Shown in pieces: positions 52,896 through 56,707 of a stretch of 56,707 nt of DNA; the stretch's first letter is position 1; each line of letters starts with the position of its first letter. The translations under genes and the position numbers were made by a program. A model generated the notes under the pieces. It did no database searches. It saw nothing but the letters and a program-made list of their open reading frames with translations, and was not told the DNA's origin. This DNA comes from Candidatus Binataceae bacterium (GTDB lineage: Bacteria > Desulfobacterota > Binatia > Binatales > Binataceae): NCBI GenBank assembly GCA_035534935.1, contig DATLRA010000071.1, positions 1 to 56,707 of the forward strand, in the 5' to 3' direction.

Positions 52896-53441
52896 TCAGA
52901 ACGCGATGCCAAAACCGCCGCCGCCAAAGCCGAAGCCGCCGCTGCCGAAACCGAGTCCCGGCTGGCCGAAGCCCCCCGGCCCCATCATTTGCTGGCGCTG
53001 CTGGGCCTCGACCGCCTCGCGATCGCGCACGGCCATCTGGTTTTCCAGCTTGATCGTCTGAAAGCGCTGGTAGGCCGCCTCATCGCCGTGAAACAGGCAC
53101 TTGCAGTAGTCCGAATCGGCCAACCAATAATTCGACGCGCCCTTCTCGTCGAGGTAGTAGCCCAGCTTCAGCGGTGGCAGCGTCTTGAGCCGGGTGGCTT
53201 GCTCGGGCGTCGCGGCCGGCAACGCGGCAAAGCCCGCCGCCTGGAGCATCGGTTCGATCTCCTGGGCCTGCTCCTGCGGCGACGGCTGGGTCGCGAACGG
53301 ATTGCCGATCGCGCCCGAGCCGGCCGAGCATCCAGCGATCGCGCCGAGGATCATCGCCACGGCGAGACCGCGCGCGGTCGCACGTGGCCGGCTGGAGGGC
53401 GGGCGGAAAAATCTCGGGAGCGGGCCGGCCTGTGCCGCCAT
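52896..53441 (-). CDS. Hypothetical lipoprotein with a C-terminal Gly/Phe-rich tail
   Basis: Lipobox ILGAIAGC. The C-terminus is MMGPGGFGQPGLGFGSGGFGFGGGGFGIAF. I recognise no family. Confidence 0.55.
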   Translation of the reverse strand: MAAQAGPLPRFFRPPSSRPRATARGLAVAMILGAIAGCSAGSGAIGNPFATQPSPQEQAQEIEPMLQAAGFAALPAATPEQATRLKTLPPLKLGYYLDEKGASNYWLADSDYCKCLFHGDEAAYQRFQTIKLENQMAVRDREAVEAQQRQQMMGPGGFGQPGLGFGSGGFGFGGGGFGIAF

Positions 53442-53529
53442 ACATTTCACCTGGAAATTCAGGCTGACACTTCCCAATTCACCTCGCAACCGACGATCGC
53501 CGACCCCGCGGATCTGCGGCGCCGTTGAC

Positions 53530-54780
53530 CTACTTCGCCGCGGGCGCCGGCGACGCGACCGGCGCGCCGCCGGTCAGCAGCTCGCGGATGCGCTCGGCGA
53601 TCAGCGTGCCGGCCACGCGATGGCCCGCGACGTTCCAATGGCCGGTGCCGGGCGTCGTGTTGGGGAAGCCGTGCAGATAGATGTCGTGCGCCTGCGCGTA
53701 AACCTGCATCGGCTTCGGCAGGTTCAGCACCGCGAAGCCGTCGGCCGCGCCCAGCGCCGCGATCCGCTCGTCGGGATAGAACAGGTCGCTCGAGCCCACC
53801 ATCGCCATATACTTGGCGCGAAAATCCGCATTTGGATCGTCCTGGATTCCGGTGGCGAGCGTGGCCACCAGGAAGATCGCGCCATGCGCCTGCACGTCGC
53901 GATTCATCATCTCGATTTCGCCGTTAGTCACACGCCAGGCTTCGCGCCAGGTGTCATTGATCGGCGGCGCGTAGATCAGATCGCTCAGCCCGAGTTCGCT
54001 GCCGGGCAGCGGATGCCCCGGGACGCGATGCGCGCGCGGCTTGGCGACAGCGCGGTGCAGCAGACGGTTCAGCTGGCTGCGGCCGTCGCCCAGCAGGTTC
54101 AGCACCTGCGAATGGCGCGATTCCATGCGCAGCATGCAATGCAGGCGAAACGACCAGGAGTCGTCGAACGGTCCGCCGAGTACGAGTTGGCCGCCCCGCG
54201 CGACGTAAAACGGCCGGCATTTGTCGCCCTCGAGCACCACCGAGTTGTTGCGCACGTCGTTGCCGCTGAAGAAGCCGAGCACCACGATATCGGGCGCATA
54301 ACGCCACACCCAGTGCTCGAGCGTGATCAGTTCCTGCGCCGTGCCGTAACCGTCGCAGCCGAAGTTGATCACTTCGACATTGGTGTAGACCTGCGGCGGC
54401 CGCCCCGCGATGCTGGTCTCCAGCGGACAATCGGCTTGCAGTTCGCGCTGCGCCACCGCACAGAAGGTGTCGTCAAAATTGACGTGCTGGGCCTCGGTAA
54501 AGGAGTCGCCGAGCACCGCGATGCGCAGCGTGCCGGGCGGCTTGGCGAAGGAATAGTCGGGGCCGCGGAAGCCATCCTGATTGACCGTGATATAGGCGTT
54601 GCCCTCGTGCGTCTGCCATCCGGTAGTGCCCGCCTTGAGCTTCCAGCCGACGTAGGGATCGTAGGTGTAGAACTCGACCGGCGCGAGATTGAACAGCCGG
54701 ATGCAGACCTCGCCGATCGCGAAGGCAATTAGAATCCCGGTCAGGATCAGAGCGAGTCTTTGAAGTATCGGTTTAAGCAT
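53530..54780 (-). CDS. SGNH/GDSL-type hydrolase family protein with an N-terminal membrane anchor
   Basis: An N-terminal TM helix is followed by IAVLGDSFTE (GDS block I). Confidence 0.75.
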   Translation of the reverse strand: MLKPILQRLALILTGILIAFAIGEVCIRLFNLAPVEFYTYDPYVGWKLKAGTTGWQTHEGNAYITVNQDGFRGPDYSFAKPPGTLRIAVLGDSFTEAQHVNFDDTFCAVAQRELQADCPLETSIAGRPPQVYTNVEVINFGCDGYGTAQELITLEHWVWRYAPDIVVLGFFSGNDVRNNSVVLEGDKCRPFYVARGGQLVLGGPFDDSWSFRLHCMLRMESRHSQVLNLLGDGRSQLNRLLHRAVAKPRAHRVPGHPLPGSELGLSDLIYAPPINDTWREAWRVTNGEIEMMNRDVQAHGAIFLVATLATGIQDDPNADFRAKYMAMVGSSDLFYPDERIAALGAADGFAVLNLPKPMQVYAQAHDIYLHGFPNTTPGTGHWNVAGHRVAGTLIAERIRELLTGGAPVASPAPAAK

Positions 54781-54867
54781 CTTCCATTTCGGACGCGGAG
54801 CGCCGCGCGGTCGGCTGGCGCGCGGGACCGTCGTCTCGCGATCGATCGCAGCGGCCTCGCGTGCGGA

Positions 54868-55020
54868 CTAAAACAGTGTGTAGATAAATGGTGCGACGGC
54901 CGAGAACTGCGCCAGCGCGATCAGCAGACTCAACAGCACCAACGTTCCGATCAGCGGTATCAGCCAGTACTTCTTGCGCTCGCGCGCAAAGCCCCACAAA
55001 TCCTTGAGCAGGTCGAACAT
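54868..55020 (-). CDS. DUF5989-like small membrane protein (50 aa)
   Basis: MFDLLKDLWGFARERKKYWLIPLIGTLVLLSLLI matches the small protein usually found after SxtJ and carbamoyltransferase genes. The start overlaps the upstream stop. Confidence 0.7.
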   Translation of the reverse strand: MFDLLKDLWGFARERKKYWLIPLIGTLVLLSLLIALAQFSAVAPFIYTLF

Positions 55021-55424
55021 CAGAATGGACGCTCCATATCCTTCCCGGCGCGGCTGCGCGAGGCCACCCGATAGCTGCTGCGATCGCGCTCGAGCTTGCG
55101 CGCCATTCGATCGCGCCCGAAAATCCGCATCGCCACACCGACCGGCACAATCGCAATCGCGTACAGCAGCGTCAAGATCACGCGCGTGTTGACCCATCCG
55201 AGCGCGAGCCCAAGCCGCGTCCAGCCCCGATAAAGGTAGCCGAGCGCGGTGGGCCTGATCAAAGCCGCCAGCCATAATACCGCGGCCAGGATCCACGGCC
55301 AGATATGCAAGCCATGATGGCGCAATAGCGGCACCACGCCGAAAAACAATACGAACAGCGCGCCCAGGAGCAGACCGAAATTCCTGAGTTCCCGCGCACT
55401 GGCCTGACCCGCGCTCGCCTCCAT
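55020..55424 (-). CDS. SxtJ-like membrane protein
   Basis: RELRNFGLLLGALFVLFFG... with TM segments. It sits directly downstream of the carbamoyltransferase. Confidence 0.7.
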   Translation of the reverse strand: MEASAGQASARELRNFGLLLGALFVLFFGVVPLLRHHGLHIWPWILAAVLWLAALIRPTALGYLYRGWTRLGLALGWVNTRVILTLLYAIAIVPVGVAMRIFGRDRMARKLERDRSSYRVASRSRAGKDMERPF

Positions 55425-55429
55425 CCCGG

Positions 55430-56707
55430 TTAATCCAGCTCGAACTGCTGCCGCCACGATTCATCCTGCGCACGCACGGGCTGAAAGGTCTTGGCCAGCA
55501 GGTAGTTGCCAACCACCAGGTAGTCCATCTCCGTGCGCATAAAACAGCGATAGGCATCTTCAGGCGTGCACACGATCGGCTCACCGCGCACGTTGAACGA
55601 GGTGTTGACGACCACGGCGCATCCGGTGATCGCCTCGAAGCGCCGGATCAATTCGTGGTAGCGCGGATTGGTCGCGCGATGCACCGTCTGGATCCGCGCG
55701 GAATAGTCGATGTGCGTCACCGCCGGAATTTTCGACCGCGGGATATTGAGCTTCTCGATTCCGAACAGCCCCTCCTGCTCCGCCGTCATCGGCGTGCGCA
55801 ACTCCTCACGCACCGCCGCGACCAGCGCCATATACGGGCTCGGCCGATCGAGTTCGAAGTAGTCGGCCACGCGCTCGGCCAACACCGACGGCGCAAACGG
55901 CCGGAACGATTCGCGGTACTTGATCTTGAGATTCATCACCGATTGCATCCGCGCGTCGCGCGGATCGCCGATAATCGAGCGGCTGCCGAGCGCCCGCGGC
56001 CCGAACTCCATCCGCCCGTCGAACCATCCGACCACCGCGCCCTGGCTCAGCACCTCGGCCACCCGGTCGAGCAGGTCGTCGTCGGTCAGCCGTTCGTAGG
56101 CGGCGCCGGCCGCATTGAGCGCGTCGGCGACCTGGTCGTCGTCGAAGCGCGGGCCGAGAAAGCCGCCGTGCATCCGGTCGGCGCCGTCGGCCGTGCGCGC
56201 GCCGCCGGCATACAGATGCCATCCGGCGAGCGCCGCGCCGAGCGCGCCGCCCGCGTCGCCGGCCGCCGGTTGCACCCAGATATCGCGAAATAGCCCCTCG
56301 CGCAAAAGCTTGCCGTTGGCCACGCAATTGAGCGCGACGCCGCCCGCCAGGCACAGATACTCCGCGTCGAGTTCGCGCCGCGCGGTCCGCGCCAGCCGCG
56401 CCACGACTTCCTCGGTCACCTGCTGGATCGAGGCGGCGAGGTCCATCTCGCGCCGGGTCAAGGGCGATTCGGGCGTGCGCGGCGGTCCGCCGAACAGGTG
56501 GTCGAACTTCGCATTGGTCATCGTCAGGCCGGTCGTATAGTTGAAATAGTCGAGCGCCAGGCGAAAAGTGCCGTCGGGCTTCAGATCGATCAGATGATCG
56601 AGGATCGCCGCCGCGTATTGCGGCTCGCCATAGGGCGCCAGCCCCATCAGCTTGTACTCGCCCGAGTTGACCTTGAAGCCGGTGTAGTAGGTAAACGCCG
56701 AGTAGAG
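55430..56707 (-). CDS. Carbamoyltransferase (NodU/CmcH family), N-terminus outside the window
   Basis: The frame is open to the window edge. Motifs include GLAPYGEP, LCLAGGVALNC, GPRALGSRSI, RPFAPS and VNTSFN. Confidence 0.9.
   Translation of the reverse strand, partial: LYSAFTYYTGFKVNSGEYKLMGLAPYGEPQYAAAILDHLIDLKPDGTFRLALDYFNYTTGLTMTNAKFDHLFGGPPRTPESPLTRREMDLAASIQQVTEEVVARLARTARRELDAEYLCLAGGVALNCVANGKLLREGLFRDIWVQPAAGDAGGALGAALAGWHLYAGGARTADGADRMHGGFLGPRFDDDQVADALNAAGAAYERLTDDDLLDRVAEVLSQGAVVGWFDGRMEFGPRALGSRSIIGDPRDARMQSVMNLKIKYRESFRPFAPSVLAERVADYFELDRPSPYMALVAAVREELRTPMTAEQEGLFGIEKLNIPRSKIPAVTHIDYSARIQTVHRATNPRYHELIRRFEAITGCAVVVNTSFNVRGEPIVCTPEDAYRCFMRTEMDYLVVGNYLLAKTFQPVRAQDESWRQQFELD

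Noticed and set aside
1-56707. tRNA, rRNA, tmRNA, RNase P or other structured RNA genes in the larger intergenic gaps (660-915, 21728-21938, 23567-23872, 37484-37716, 39058-39348).
   Set aside because: I could not recognise cloverleaf-compatible or otherwise conserved RNA signatures by eye in these regions. A covariance-model scan would be needed to exclude small ncRNAs.

Overview
GC-rich bacterial chromosomal segment (about two-thirds G+C by eye) with about 50 protein-coding genes. I found no rRNA, tRNA, CRISPR array, transposase or prophage genes. Most of the window is core metabolism and housekeeping. This includes the prkA-yeaH-spoVR stress triad, a dnaB gene, and a tightly packed minus-strand array mutS-amidase-glnD-xerD-M50 protease-scpA-scpB. 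It also includes gcvT-gcvPA-gcvPB with divergent folD, a NarL-type two-component pair beside a UPF0182 membrane protein, assorted hydrolases, and small aromatic or acyl-CoA modules. Five things stand out. (1) An AT-richer island of about 1.9 kb (about 10.85-12.75 kb) carries a beta-class DNA methyltransferase and a co-directional PD-(D/E)XK-like partner that I cannot place in a named family. This is a candidate type II restriction-modification or defence module, bracketed by a weak imperfect direct repeat. (2) A roughly 590-bp atypical-composition insert with one or two small ORFs splits the normally contiguous prkA-yeaH pair. (3) A palindromic repeat family built on GTCATTCTGAGCGCAGCGAAGAATCCC occurs at two intergenic loci. 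(4) A GC-rich orphan Dam-family methyltransferase is present. (5) A carbamoyltransferase-SxtJ-DUF5989-SGNH hydrolase cluster of unknown product lies next to an FG/Gly-rich lipoprotein. Candidate regulatory sites are a sigma-54-like -24/-12 element and a perfect DnaA-box 9-mer upstream of prkA, a bidirectional intrinsic terminator, and a perfect 16-bp GC hairpin. All family assignments come from reading motifs in the translations. No database search was possible, and many start codons are uncertain.
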